From Burkholderiales bacterium (lineage in GTDB: Bacteria; Pseudomonadota; Gammaproteobacteria; Burkholderiales; SG8-39): a DNA stretch of 64,000 bases. Every line of letters starts with the position of its first letter. The first letter of the stretch is position 1. The stretch is taken from contig DATLUZ010000222.1 of the NCBI GenBank assembly GCA_035577785.1, forward strand, positions 139 to 64,138, in the 5' to 3' direction. Below the pieces are notes generated by a model. It saw nothing but the letters and a program-made list of their open reading frames with translations. It did no database searches and was not told where the DNA came from. The position numbers were made by a program, and so were the translations under genes. Below are positions 40,175 through 49,744 of this stretch, in pieces.

Positions 40175-41619
40175 TCGATCCGTTCTCCACCGCCACGGAG
40201 ATCGCCGCGGCAATCCGGCTGCGCCGCGTGTCGGCGCTCGAACTCGTCGAGATGGTTCTCGACCGGATCCGGAAATACAACCCCATGCTCAACGCGGTCT
40301 GCACGCTCGACGAGGCCGGCGCGCGGGCTCGCGCGCGGCAGGCGGACGCCGCACTCGCGCGCGGCGAGCTGTGGGGGCCGCTGCACGGCGTGCCGATGAC
40401 GATCAAGGACGCGCTCGAGACGGCGGGCGTGCGCACCACCGGCGGCTATCCGCCGCTCTCGAACCATGTGCCGAGGAAGGACGCGACCGCGGTCGCGCGA
40501 TTGAAGGCCGCGGGCGCGGTGCTGATCGGCAAGACCAACGTCCCGCCGCTCTCGGCCGATGGGCGCGCGGACAACCCGATCTTCGGCCGCACCAACAACC
40601 CGTGGAACCTCGAGTGCACGCCAGGCGGCTCCACCGGCGGCGGCGCCGCCGCGGTCGCGGCGGGCCTCTCGGCGTTCGACGTCGGCAGCGACCTCGCCGC
40701 GTCGGTGCGCGTGCCCGCGCACTGGTGCGGGCTCTTCGGGCTCAAGCCGAGCGAAGGGCGCGTGCCGAACACCGGCCACATTCCCGAGGTGCCGGGAACG
40801 CCGCACGCCCTGCGTCACATGAACACGCTGGGGCCGCTCGCGCGCTCGGTCGAAGACCTCGCCGCGATCCTGAAGGTCATCGCCGGCCCCGACGACCGCG
40901 ACTGGGAAACTGCGCCGGCGCCGCTGGAGGATGTGCCCGAGCGGCCTCTCTCTTCCTATCGATTCTGCTGGACGACCCGGTTCGGCAGCGAAACACCTTC
41001 GCGCGAAACCGCGCAAGCAATAACTGGAATGACCGCCAAGCTGGCCAGCCTCGGGGCAGGGATGAAAGAGCGAACCCCGGTCGGGTTCAGCTTCGAAGAC
41101 GCTTGGGAAACCTGGGGCGAGGTCGTGATCGCCGAGCGTGTGGTGACCCAAGGCGACGCGGCGCGCGAGCGGGTCGAGAAGCTGCATGCGTCGCTCGGCG
41201 ACCTGCCGGTGGCGCGCGGCGCGGCGAGAGGTGCGCGTGCGAGCGTCGCCGACTACATGGCCGCGCTCACCCGGCGCGACAGGCTGATCACTGCGCTGGA
41301 GGCGTTCTTTGCCGATTGCGACGCTTGGCTTTGCCCGGTCGCGTACGGACCGGCGATCGGCCACGTTCCGTTTGGCGCGCCCATCGAAGTCGACGAGCGC
41401 AAGGTGCCCTACTTCCTCGCTACGACCGCGTTCACCTGCCCGTTCAACCTGACCGGGCACCCGGCGGTGGTGCTCCCGCTCGCGATCACGAAGGAAGCGC
41501 TGCCGATCGGCGTTCAGGTGCTCGGGAAGCGCTGGAGCGAGCCTGCGCTGCTTGCGATGGCGAAGCAGCTCTCGCTCGTCACCGGACCGTTTCGGCCGCC
41601 GCCCGCCTTTATTTCCTGA
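40171..41619 (+). CDS. amidase-signature (AS) family amidase
   Basis: LHGVPMTIKD (catalytic Lys), GGSTGGGAAAVAAG and GSDLAASVRVPA. The ATG overlaps the upstream stop (ATGA). Confidence 0.9.
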   Translation: MIDPFSTATEIAAAIRLRRVSALELVEMVLDRIRKYNPMLNAVCTLDEAGARARARQADAALARGELWGPLHGVPMTIKDALETAGVRTTGGYPPLSNHVPRKDATAVARLKAAGAVLIGKTNVPPLSADGRADNPIFGRTNNPWNLECTPGGSTGGGAAAVAAGLSAFDVGSDLAASVRVPAHWCGLFGLKPSEGRVPNTGHIPEVPGTPHALRHMNTLGPLARSVEDLAAILKVIAGPDDRDWETAPAPLEDVPERPLSSYRFCWTTRFGSETPSRETAQAITGMTAKLASLGAGMKERTPVGFSFEDAWETWGEVVIAERVVTQGDAARERVEKLHASLGDLPVARGAARGARASVADYMAALTRRDRLITALEAFFADCDAWLCPVAYGPAIGHVPFGAPIEVDERKVPYFLATTAFTCPFNLTGHPAVVLPLAITKEALPIGVQVLGKRWSEPALLAMAKQLSLVTGPFRPPPAFIS

Positions 41620-41818
41620 GGTCTTTGAGCTCCTTGAGGTCCTTGAGCTCGTTCACCCAGGGTCGTACGATGCTCACATCCTCCCGGATCTCTTCGGTCC
41701 TGACGTCCCGCGTGATTGTCGTTTCGCGCGCGGGCAAGAAATAGGCCACGAGCGCGGCGAGCACCGCGCCGATGATCAGCCCGACGATGAAGGGCGAGCG
41801 CACGCCTTGCGACAGCAA
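41609..41818 (-). CDS. small single-pass membrane protein with a KDL/KEL-repeat tail (start TTG 41818 or GTG 41803)
   Basis: The TM segment is FIVGLIIGAVLAALVAYFL, followed by a charged tail ...NELKDLKELKDLRK. GC3 is about 86% by my count. It begins 17-32 nt after the SDR stop. No family is known. Confidence 0.4.
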   Translation of the reverse strand: MLSQGVRSPFIVGLIIGAVLAALVAYFLPARETTITRDVRTEEIREDVSIVRPWVNELKDLKELKDLRK

Positions 41819-41835
41819 GGCATGTGCCGGATGGA

Positions 41836-42525
41836 TCAGCTCAGGCCGCTGACCGGGATGGCGGCGCCGTGGATGGCGCGGGCGGCGTCCGAGGCCAGGA
41901 ACACGATCACCGCGGCGAGGTCCTGCGGCGCGACCCACTTGCGCGGGTCGGCGTTGGGCATCGCCGCCCGGTTCTCGGGCGTGTCGATGATCGTCGGCAG
42001 CACGCAGTTCACGTTGACGTTCTTCTCGCGCAGCTCGGCTGCCATGGTCTCCGTCAGCCGGATCACCGCGCTTTTCGAGGCGATGTAGGGACCCATGTTC
42101 GCGGCCCCGCGCTGCGCGGCAAAGGCGCCGATGTTGACGATCTTGCCGCCGCCGCCCTTCAGCATGGCCGGCACCGCGGCGCGGGAGGTATTGACGACGC
42201 TGCGCGCGTTCAAGCCGAACAGGAAATCCCAGTCCGCGTCCTTCGTCTCGTGCACCGGCGAGCCCATGCGGAAGCCGCCGGCGATGTTGCACAGGACGTC
42301 GATGCGGCCGAAGCGCTCCAGCGCCTGTCCGACGGCGGCATCGACGCTGTTGGCTTTCATGAGGTCCACTTCCAGAAATACCTGACGGGGGCCGTCCTGC
42401 AGGTCGGCGCGCCTTACATCCATGAGTACAAGGCTTGCACCGAGTTCGGCAAACGCCTTGGCTACGGCCCGGCCGAGATTCCCGGACGCGCCGGTAATGA
42501 CTACGGTGCGGTCAGTGAACGGCAT
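41836..42525 (-). CDS. SDR family oxidoreductase, dihydropteridine reductase (DHPR/QDPR)-like
   Basis: An AGGAGG RBS precedes the ATG at 42525. Motifs: TGASGNLG and YIASKSAV. The segment VLPTIIDTPENRAAMPNADPRKWVAP resembles the QDPR motif [23 protein letters not shown], recalled from memory. Confidence 0.7.
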   Translation of the reverse strand: MPFTDRTVVITGASGNLGRAVAKAFAELGASLVLMDVRRADLQDGPRQVFLEVDLMKANSVDAAVGQALERFGRIDVLCNIAGGFRMGSPVHETKDADWDFLFGLNARSVVNTSRAAVPAMLKGGGGKIVNIGAFAAQRGAANMGPYIASKSAVIRLTETMAAELREKNVNVNCVLPTIIDTPENRAAMPNADPRKWVAPQDLAAVIVFLASDAARAIHGAAIPVSGLS

Positions 42526-43378
42526 TGCGCCTCCTCGCATGGTAGGCGCCGCTGCCGCGCTGGAGCACGCGGTCCTGCGGCAGGATCTGGCCGGGCCCGA
42601 GCTCCGGCTGGCCGCGAATTGCGGCGTAGATCGGCGCGAAATCGATGCGCGCGAGCTCGAGCAGCTCGTCGACGCCGCGGATCACGAAATAGGTCTCCTG
42701 GAAGTCGTCGATGCGGTAGCGCGTGCGCATCACCCGGGCGAGCTCGAAGCCGACGCGGTTAGGCGAGCCATCCTCGAGCGCGAACACGCTCTCGGTGTAC
42801 GACGATGCGATGCCCGAGCCGTAGATGCGCACGCCCTCGCGGCTCTCGACCAGCCCGAACTCGACCGTGTACCAATAGACGCGCGCGAGGTTGGGTAGCA
42901 CGCCGAGCTTCTGCGCGCGCAGGCCGCCCTTGCCGTAGGCCTGGATGTAGTCCGCCATCACCGGATGCATCAGCATCGGCACGTGCCCGAAGACATCGTG
43001 GAACACGTCGGGCTCCTCGATGTAGTCGAGCTGGTCGCTCTTGCGGATGAACTGGCCGGCGGGGAAGCGGCGGTTGGCGAGATGCTCGAAGAACACTTCG
43101 TCGGGAACGAGGCCCGGCACCGCGACGACCTGCCAGCCGGTGCGCTTGCCGAGCACGTCGGAGAGCCGCCTGAAATCGGGAATCGCATCGGGGCCGATCG
43201 GCAGCCGCTTCATGCCGTCGACGAACTCGTCGCACGCGCGCCCGGGCAGGAGCTTCGTCTGGCGCTCGAACAGCGCGCGCCAGACCGCGTGCTCGGCGCC
43301 GGTGTACTTCTGCCATGCCTGGTCGATCGTCCAGTCCGGGCGCTCCGGGCGAACGCCCGCGGCCGCGCCATGCTTCAC
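42512..43378 (-). CDS. phhA: phenylalanine 4-monooxygenase
   Basis: The iron ligands lie in [15 protein letters not shown] and YWYTVEFGL, the aromatic amino-acid hydroxylase core. The GTG start overlaps the phhB stop (GTGA). Confidence 0.9.
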   Translation of the reverse strand: MKHGAAAGVRPERPDWTIDQAWQKYTGAEHAVWRALFERQTKLLPGRACDEFVDGMKRLPIGPDAIPDFRRLSDVLGKRTGWQVVAVPGLVPDEVFFEHLANRRFPAGQFIRKSDQLDYIEEPDVFHDVFGHVPMLMHPVMADYIQAYGKGGLRAQKLGVLPNLARVYWYTVEFGLVESREGVRIYGSGIASSYTESVFALEDGSPNRVGFELARVMRTRYRIDDFQETYFVIRGVDELLELARIDFAPIYAAIRGQPELGPGQILPQDRVLQRGSGAYHARRRNAVH

Positions 43379-43650
43379 CCCTTGAACCTCGCGTAGGCGG
43401 CGTCGATGAAGCGCGCGAGGTCAAGGTCCTTCTGCGTCACGCCGCCGGCGTCGTGCGTGCTGAGCGTGACGCGCACCTTGTTGTAGACGTTGCTCCACTC
43501 GGGATGGTGATCGGCCTTCTCGGCGGCGAGCGCCACCTGGGTCATGAAGGCAAAGGCGCCGTTGAAGTCCTTGAACACGAATTCGCGCTGGATGGCGTCG
43601 CGGCCCGGATCCCTCGACCAATTTGCCGGAGCAGGAAGTTTCGTCGTCAT
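43375..43650 (-). CDS. phhB: pterin-4-alpha-carbinolamine dehydratase
   Basis: A 91-aa ORF with the PCD signature [27 protein letters not shown]...V. The ATG overlaps the hppD stop (ATGA). Confidence 0.9.
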   Translation of the reverse strand: MTTKLPAPANWSRDPGRDAIQREFVFKDFNGAFAFMTQVALAAEKADHHPEWSNVYNKVRVTLSTHDAGGVTQKDLDLARFIDAAYARFKG

Positions 43651-44741
43651 GGCGTCTTGAGGACTCCTCTGCGCATTTGATCCAGCTCTATGGACTCGAA
43701 CAGCGCCTTGAAGTTGCCCTCGCCGAAGCCTTCGTCGCCCTTGCGCTGGATGAACTCGAAGAAGATCGGCCCGAGCTGGTTCTCGCTGAAGATCTGCAGC
43801 AGGAGCTCTCCGGGCCTGCCGTCGATCAGGATGCGGCGCTCCCGGAGCGCCGCGACGTTCTCGCCGTGGCCCGGAATGCGCTTCTCGATGAGCTCGTAGT
43901 AGGTGTCCGGCGTGTCGAGGAGCTTCACCCCGCTCGCGCGCAGCGCGTCGACCGTCGCGACGAGGTCGCGCGCGCCCATGGCGATGTGCTGGATGCCCTC
44001 GCCATGGTAGGTGTCGAGATACTCGCTGATCTGGCCGGGCTTCTCGTTGCCTTCCTCGTTGATCGGGATGCGCAGCCGGCCGCAAGGACTGGTGAGCGCC
44101 CGGCTCTTGACGCCGGTCATCTGTCCCTCGATGTCGAAGTAGCGGATCTCGCGGAAGTTGAAGATGCGCTGGTAGAACTCGACCCACTCCTTCATGCGCC
44201 CTCGGTGCACGTTGTGCGTGAGGTGGTCGATGTAGCGCAGGCCGTGGCCGACCGGATCGAGCGTGGCGCCCTCGAGCGGCTCGAAATCGACGTCGTAGAA
44301 GCCGATGTTCCCGATGTCGCCCGGCCGCGCGCCATTCTTGCCACGCCAGCGGTCGACGAAGTAGATGAGCGAGTCGCCCACGCCCTTGATCGCCGGGATG
44401 TTGAGCTCACCCGGCCCCGCGTGGTTGGCGAAGCCCCATGCGCCCAGGCTCGTCGCCCGCCGGTACGCGCTCGCCGCGTCCTGCACGCGGAACGCGATGG
44501 CGCAGACGCTCGGGCCGTGCAGGCGAGCGAAGCGCTGCGCGAAGGACTCGGGGTCGGCGTTGAGGATGAAGTTGATCTCGCCCTGCCGGTAGAGGGTGAC
44601 TTCCTTGTGGCGGTGCCGCGCGATCGCCCTGAAGCCCATGCGCTCGAACACCCCGGCCATCGCCGCCGGATCGGGCGCGGCGTACTCGATGAACTCGAAG
44701 CCCTCCGTGCCCATGGGGTTTTCCCAGGGAGTGAACTTCAT
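43647..44741 (-). CDS. hppD: 4-hydroxyphenylpyruvate dioxygenase
   Basis: [27 protein letters not shown] and [26 protein letters not shown] are HPPD hallmarks. The ORF is 364 aa. Confidence 0.92.
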   Translation of the reverse strand: MKFTPWENPMGTEGFEFIEYAAPDPAAMAGVFERMGFRAIARHRHKEVTLYRQGEINFILNADPESFAQRFARLHGPSVCAIAFRVQDAASAYRRATSLGAWGFANHAGPGELNIPAIKGVGDSLIYFVDRWRGKNGARPGDIGNIGFYDVDFEPLEGATLDPVGHGLRYIDHLTHNVHRGRMKEWVEFYQRIFNFREIRYFDIEGQMTGVKSRALTSPCGRLRIPINEEGNEKPGQISEYLDTYHGEGIQHIAMGARDLVATVDALRASGVKLLDTPDTYYELIEKRIPGHGENVAALRERRILIDGRPGELLLQIFSENQLGPIFFEFIQRKGDEGFGEGNFKALFESIELDQMRRGVLKTP

Positions 44742-44773
44742 GGCGCCGGCAACTCCATGCCCCTATTTTGCGC

Positions 44774-46414
44774 TCATTCCACGACCGGCAGGATGAGCTG
44801 GGAGGGATAGCGAGCGCTGTGGTGAAGGGTGTCCTGGCCGATCTTGTTCGGCTGGTAGTAGTGCGTCCACAGGACGTCGGTGATCGGCGAATCGCCGTTC
44901 ACGATCTCGAGGCGGATGCGGCTGCCCTGGCTGAAGCGGTAGGCGTTGGGTTCGATGCTTATATCGAACTTGTAGACCTCGCCGGGCTTGAGCGGCTCCG
45001 GGCTGGTGTGCGTGTGATAAGGCTCCATCTCGGTGCTGCGCGCCGGGTCGAGCGCGCGATGCGACGCGCGCAGCCAGCCCTTGGTGACGAGTTGCGAGGA
45101 GGGATTGAGCCCCTTCGCACGGTCTTCCGCCGGCTGAGGGTACTGCTCGGCGAGCTTGATCACGAAGTCCGTGTCCTTCGCCGTCGACGAAGCGTAGAGC
45201 ACGAGCTTGATCGGCCCTGCGATCTCGAGGTCCTTTTCGAGGGGCGCGGTGGTGAACGTCAGCACGCGCCGAACGAGATCGAAACCGCTCGCCGGACCAC
45301 CCGGGCCGAAGCCGACCACGCCGCTCGCCCAGCCGGGATTGGGATAGGAATAGCTCGTTTCCCCCTGCCCCTGCGCCCCTTCAGGGGCGAGCATTCCATC
45401 GTTCAAGGAAGTGACGCTGCCCGTCCCGTTTGCATTCAGGTGGAAGGCCTTGTATTTCACACCGGCAGGCGGCCAGGTATCGGCGGTCCTGAACACGTTG
45501 GCGCCGCGGACGAAGTACTCGACCGGCGGACGCTTCTCCCACTCGGTGTCCTTCCCTTTCAGAAAGCGCTCATAGAACGGCAGCAGCACCTTCTCGTGCA
45601 GCTCGACGCCGTTGAACTCGGCGTTCGCCGCCCAGGCGTTGATCGGCCCGCGCATCTGCAGCTTTCGCGGACCGCTCGCGCGGCGGAAGCCTTCGATGTT
45701 GCCGCGCGTATGCAGATCGACCTTGCCCCAGATCCCCACCGAGTAGAGCGGCACGCTGATCTCGTGCAGGCGCTCCCAGGCGCAGCGCGCGCGCCAGAAC
45801 TCGTCGTAGGTCGGATGCGCGGTGATCATCGCGTCCAAGTCGGTTTCCTGCACGCGCGGCGCGGCGCCGTTCGCCGGAAAGCGGTTAATGATCCGGTTCT
45901 GGTTCCACCAGTAGCCCGGAATGAACTGGCCGGGAATGCCGCCGGTGTAGCAGGTGGCGCGGTAAGGATCGTTGAACCCGTCGTACGCGCCGAGACACGC
46001 GAGCGCCGGCGGCTTCATGATGCCCATCCACCATTGCAACATGCAGAAATACGACTGGCCGATCCCGCCGACCTTGCCGTTCGACCACGGCTGCTTTGCG
46101 ATCCACTCGATCACGTCGTAAAGGTCGCGCTGCTCGTTGGGGCCGAGAAACTCGAACTGGCCGCCCGACTTGCCGGAGCCGCGAATGTCCATGTGGACGT
46201 ACGCATAGCCGTGCTTGACGTAGAACTCGATCGGCCCGGTCTCGCGCCAGAGAAACTGCGGTCCCGCGGGCAGCGCGTTGTTGTCGTAGCGGTAGGGCGA
46301 GGCGGCGAGGAGCGCCGGAAAACGTCCGCTCCCCGTGGACTGAGAATCGGGCGCGTAGATCGCGACGCCGATCTGGGTCCCGTCCCGCACCGTGATCGAT
46401 GCTTCCTTCATCAT
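44774..46414 (-). CDS. CocE/NonD family hydrolase (second paralog)
   Basis: MMKEASITVRDGTQIGVAIYAP...YAYVHMDIRGSGKSGG and the nucleophile motif GQSYFC. The ATG at 46414 overlaps the upstream stop (ATGA). Confidence 0.85.
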   Translation of the reverse strand: MMKEASITVRDGTQIGVAIYAPDSQSTGSGRFPALLAASPYRYDNNALPAGPQFLWRETGPIEFYVKHGYAYVHMDIRGSGKSGGQFEFLGPNEQRDLYDVIEWIAKQPWSNGKVGGIGQSYFCMLQWWMGIMKPPALACLGAYDGFNDPYRATCYTGGIPGQFIPGYWWNQNRIINRFPANGAAPRVQETDLDAMITAHPTYDEFWRARCAWERLHEISVPLYSVGIWGKVDLHTRGNIEGFRRASGPRKLQMRGPINAWAANAEFNGVELHEKVLLPFYERFLKGKDTEWEKRPPVEYFVRGANVFRTADTWPPAGVKYKAFHLNANGTGSVTSLNDGMLAPEGAQGQGETSYSYPNPGWASGVVGFGPGGPASGFDLVRRVLTFTTAPLEKDLEIAGPIKLVLYASSTAKDTDFVIKLAEQYPQPAEDRAKGLNPSSQLVTKGWLRASHRALDPARSTEMEPYHTHTSPEPLKPGEVYKFDISIEPNAYRFSQGSRIRLEIVNGDSPITDVLWTHYYQPNKIGQDTLHHSARYPSQLILPVVE

Positions 46415-48681
46415 CCTTGATTCCTCGCTGCGGCGATCGCTTGCCAAACGCGACTCGGAGAGAACGGAAAATCCAGATGCCGGATACCGAGCGGGCGAAG
46501 CGCATTCATAACCGCGTTCGCTACGGCGGGGATGGCGCCGGTGGTGCCCGCTTCGCCCGTGCCTTTGACGCCGAGCGGATTGGTGGGCGACGCGACCGAA
46601 TGGTCGCAGAGCTTCACTTCGCCCAGGATGTCCGCGCGAGGCATGGCGTAATCCATGAACGAGCCGGTGAGTAGCTGCCCGCCGGCATCGTAGACGACGT
46701 GCTCGGCGAGCGCCTGGCCGATGCCTTGCACGATGCCGCCATGGAGCTGGCCCTCGACGAGGGTGTGGTTCATCACGCGGCCGCAATCGTCGACCGCGGT
46801 GTAGCTCGCGATGTCCACTACGCCGGTGTCCGGATCGATCTCCACTTCGCACACGTGCGCCCCGCCGGGAAACGCGATCGGCGTCGGGATGCCGCCTTGC
46901 GTGTCCAACGCAGCGCCGTAACGCCTTGCGATTTCAACGAAGGGAATCGAGACATCGGTCCCTTTGACGCGGTATTTGCCGGCTGAAAACTCCAGGTCCG
47001 CCTTCGCCACCTCGAGCTCCTTCGCGGCAAAGTCGAGCCCTTTCCTAACCACGTCCTGCGCCGTCGCGTAGAGGGCGGCGCCGTGCGACATCAGCGAGCG
47101 CGAGCCCACGGTGCCGCCGCCGATCAAGGGTGGTCCGGCCGGATCGCTTGCCCGCAGTTCGACGTTTTCAGGAGGCAGGCCGAGCACCTGCGAGACGATG
47201 AGCGGGAATACCGTCTCGTGCGCCTGACCCGAAGGACCCGACAGCACATAGAGCGTGGCGTTGCCCGATTCGCCGAACTTGATCGCCGCCTGCTCCTGCG
47301 GCGCCGCGCCGCCGCCGCTCGGCTCGATGAACATCGCGCAGCCGATCCCTCGCAGCAGGCCTTTCCTCCGTGAAGCTTCGCGACGTTCTTTGAATCCTTT
47401 GTAATTCGAATGCTCGATTGCGAGCGCGAGCTGGCCTGGCGGGTCGCCGCTGTCGTAGGTCGACCCCACCGGCGTGCGGTAGGGGAACGCCTCCCTCGGG
47501 ATCAGGTTGCGCCTGCGCAGCTCGACCGGGTCGACGCCCAGCTCCCGTGCAGCCTCGTCGACGAGGCGCTCGACCAGGTACGACACGCCCGGCCGGCCGG
47601 CGCCGCGGTACGCGGTGACCGAGGTGGTGTTGGTGAGCACGAGCCGGTGGCGGCCGAAGAGCGCGGGAATGCGGTAGGCGTTGATCGCGTGCGTCGAGGG
47701 GTTGACCGCGTTGATGATCGGGCCCGCCTGCGAGAGGTACGCCCCCATGTTGCAGATCCAGTGCACGCGCAGCGCGACGAAGCGGCCGTCGCGGTCCAGT
47801 CCGAGCTCGCCCGAAAGGTCGATCGCGCGCCCGTGGTGGTCGCTCACGATGGTCTCGAAGCGCGACCCGACCCACTTGACCGGCCTGCCGAGCGCCTTCG
47901 CCGCGTGCATCAGCGCGATGTATTCCGGATAGGCCTGCGACCGGATGCCGAAGCCGCCGCCGACGTCGCGCGCGTGGAGCCGGATCCGATCGGCCGGCAC
48001 GCCGGTAATGGCGACGAAGTTGGGCATCATCATCGAGAGCCCCTGGGAGCTCGCGAAGACGTCGTAGCTGTCGCTCGCCGCGTCGTAGGCGGCCACGCAC
48101 GCCTTGGGCTCCATCGGCGTGCCCGAAACGCGCGTCGACTCGAGTGCAACGCGCGTCAGGTGCGCGGCTCCGGCCAGTGCTTCGGCGGCGCGCTTCTCGT
48201 CGCCGTACTCGAAGGTCGCGGCGAGATTCTCGGCCACGTCCTCGTGCAGGAGCTGCGCACCCGCCGCGAGCGCTTTGGCGGCGTCCACCACTGCCGGCAG
48301 GTCCTCGAATTCGATCTCGATCTTCTCGGCCGCGTCCTGCGCCTCGGCGGGCGAGCGCGCCACGACCAGGGCAATCTCCTGCCCGACGTGGCGCACGCGC
48401 TCGAGCGCCAGAATGTCGCGGCGCGGCACCTTGATCGGGTACTTCACCATCGGCGGCGGAGTCTTGTAGTGCTTCACGTCCTCGCCGGTGAAGACTGCCT
48501 CTACCCCTCGGCTGGACCGCGCCGCGGCGATGTTGATGGTTTTGATCAATGCATGAGCTCGGTCGGAGCGAAGGAAGACCCCATGGAGCTGCCCGGGAAG
48601 GCTCCAGTCCGCGGTGTAGCGGCCCTGGCCCGTGAGGAGCCGGTCGTCCTCGCGCCGGCCGGTGAAACGCTCTACCGCCAT
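46411..48681 (-). CDS. xanthine dehydrogenase family molybdopterin-binding large subunit (CoxL form-II-like), with no adjacent FAD or FeS subunits
   Basis: MAVERFTGRREDDRLLTGQGRYTAD... and the AYRGAGRPG loop. The ORF is 756 aa from the ATG at 48681. The longer ORF extension overlaps the upstream gene. Confidence 0.85.
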   Translation of the reverse strand: MAVERFTGRREDDRLLTGQGRYTADWSLPGQLHGVFLRSDRAHALIKTINIAAARSSRGVEAVFTGEDVKHYKTPPPMVKYPIKVPRRDILALERVRHVGQEIALVVARSPAEAQDAAEKIEIEFEDLPAVVDAAKALAAGAQLLHEDVAENLAATFEYGDEKRAAEALAGAAHLTRVALESTRVSGTPMEPKACVAAYDAASDSYDVFASSQGLSMMMPNFVAITGVPADRIRLHARDVGGGFGIRSQAYPEYIALMHAAKALGRPVKWVGSRFETIVSDHHGRAIDLSGELGLDRDGRFVALRVHWICNMGAYLSQAGPIINAVNPSTHAINAYRIPALFGRHRLVLTNTTSVTAYRGAGRPGVSYLVERLVDEAARELGVDPVELRRRNLIPREAFPYRTPVGSTYDSGDPPGQLALAIEHSNYKGFKERREASRRKGLLRGIGCAMFIEPSGGGAAPQEQAAIKFGESGNATLYVLSGPSGQAHETVFPLIVSQVLGLPPENVELRASDPAGPPLIGGGTVGSRSLMSHGAALYATAQDVVRKGLDFAAKELEVAKADLEFSAGKYRVKGTDVSIPFVEIARRYGAALDTQGGIPTPIAFPGGAHVCEVEIDPDTGVVDIASYTAVDDCGRVMNHTLVEGQLHGGIVQGIGQALAEHVVYDAGGQLLTGSFMDYAMPRADILGEVKLCDHSVASPTNPLGVKGTGEAGTTGAIPAVANAVMNALRPLGIRHLDFPFSPSRVWQAIAAARNQG

Positions 48682-49736
48682 ACCTGTGCGGCGACCTGGA
48701 CCACGAGCTCGAGCTTTCTCCACTGCTCGTCCTCGGTGAGCAGGTTGCCGTGACGGGTGCTCGAGAAGCCGCACTGCGGTGACAGGCACAGGTCCTGGAG
48801 CGGGATGTATTTGCTCGCCTCGTCAATTCGACGTTGGAGATCCTCGGGCCTTTCCATGGCTCCTGATTTGGTGGTAACTAGACCCAGAACGACCCGCTTG
48901 CCGCGAGGCACGAAGCCAAGTGGCTCGAAGCCGCCCGCGCGCGCGCTGTCGAACTCCATGAAGAAGCCGTCCACGTCGATCGAGAACATCGCCTCGGCGA
49001 CCGGCGCGTAGCCGCCTTCGGCGACCCAGGCGCTCCTGAAGTTGCCGCGGCAGGTGTGCAGGGTGATCGTCATGCCGTCGGGGCGGCCTTCGAGCGCGCG
49101 GTTGATGGTCTGCGCGTAGATGCGCGGCAGCGCCTGCGGGTCGTCGCCGTTGCGCACGCAGTTGTCGCGGATTTTCGGGTCGCACAGGTAGGCGAAGGCG
49201 ACGTCGTCGAGCTGCAGGTATTTGCATCCGGCACCCGCGAACGCCGCAATCGCTTCGCGATACGCCGCCGCCGCATCGTGCCAGAAGGCTTCCATGTCGG
49301 GATAGGCACGGCGGGAAATACCGGCGCGTCCGCCGCGAAGGTGCAGCATGGAGGGCGACGGAATCGTGAACTTCGCGGTTTCCGACGTCGCCCGCTTGAG
49401 GTACAGGAAGTCGCCGAGCATGATCGGTTTCCGATAGCGCAGACGTCCCGTGACCACCGGGATCGGCGGCTGCTCCTCGGTGCCGCCAAATTTCGGTCCC
49501 GGATTCTGGCTTTCGCGCAGCGTCACGCCTTCGAGCTGGGCGAGGAAGTCGAGGTGCCACCAGTCGCGGCTGAATTCGCCGTCGGTGATGCCATGAAGGC
49601 CGATCGCTGCCTGCCTTGCCACAATGGCGCGGATGGCGTCCTGCTGAAACGACACGTCCTTCTTCTTGCGCGCTTCGGCGAGCCCGGCGGGGCGCAGCAG
49701 GCTTCCGACGTGATCGGCACGGAATGGGGGTTTCAT
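48672..49736 (-). CDS. cobalamin-independent methionine synthase (MetE) catalytic-domain-like protein
   Basis: MKPPFRADHVGSLLRP...ITDGEFSRDWWHLDF...HTCRGNF...LSPQCGFSS shows the MetE C-terminal-domain Zn-ligand pattern. The ORF is 354 aa. Confidence 0.8.
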   Translation of the reverse strand: MKPPFRADHVGSLLRPAGLAEARKKKDVSFQQDAIRAIVARQAAIGLHGITDGEFSRDWWHLDFLAQLEGVTLRESQNPGPKFGGTEEQPPIPVVTGRLRYRKPIMLGDFLYLKRATSETAKFTIPSPSMLHLRGGRAGISRRAYPDMEAFWHDAAAAYREAIAAFAGAGCKYLQLDDVAFAYLCDPKIRDNCVRNGDDPQALPRIYAQTINRALEGRPDGMTITLHTCRGNFRSAWVAEGGYAPVAEAMFSIDVDGFFMEFDSARAGGFEPLGFVPRGKRVVLGLVTTKSGAMERPEDLQRRIDEASKYIPLQDLCLSPQCGFSSTRHGNLLTEDEQWRKLELVVQVAAQVWR

Positions 49737-49744
49737 CAAAAACT

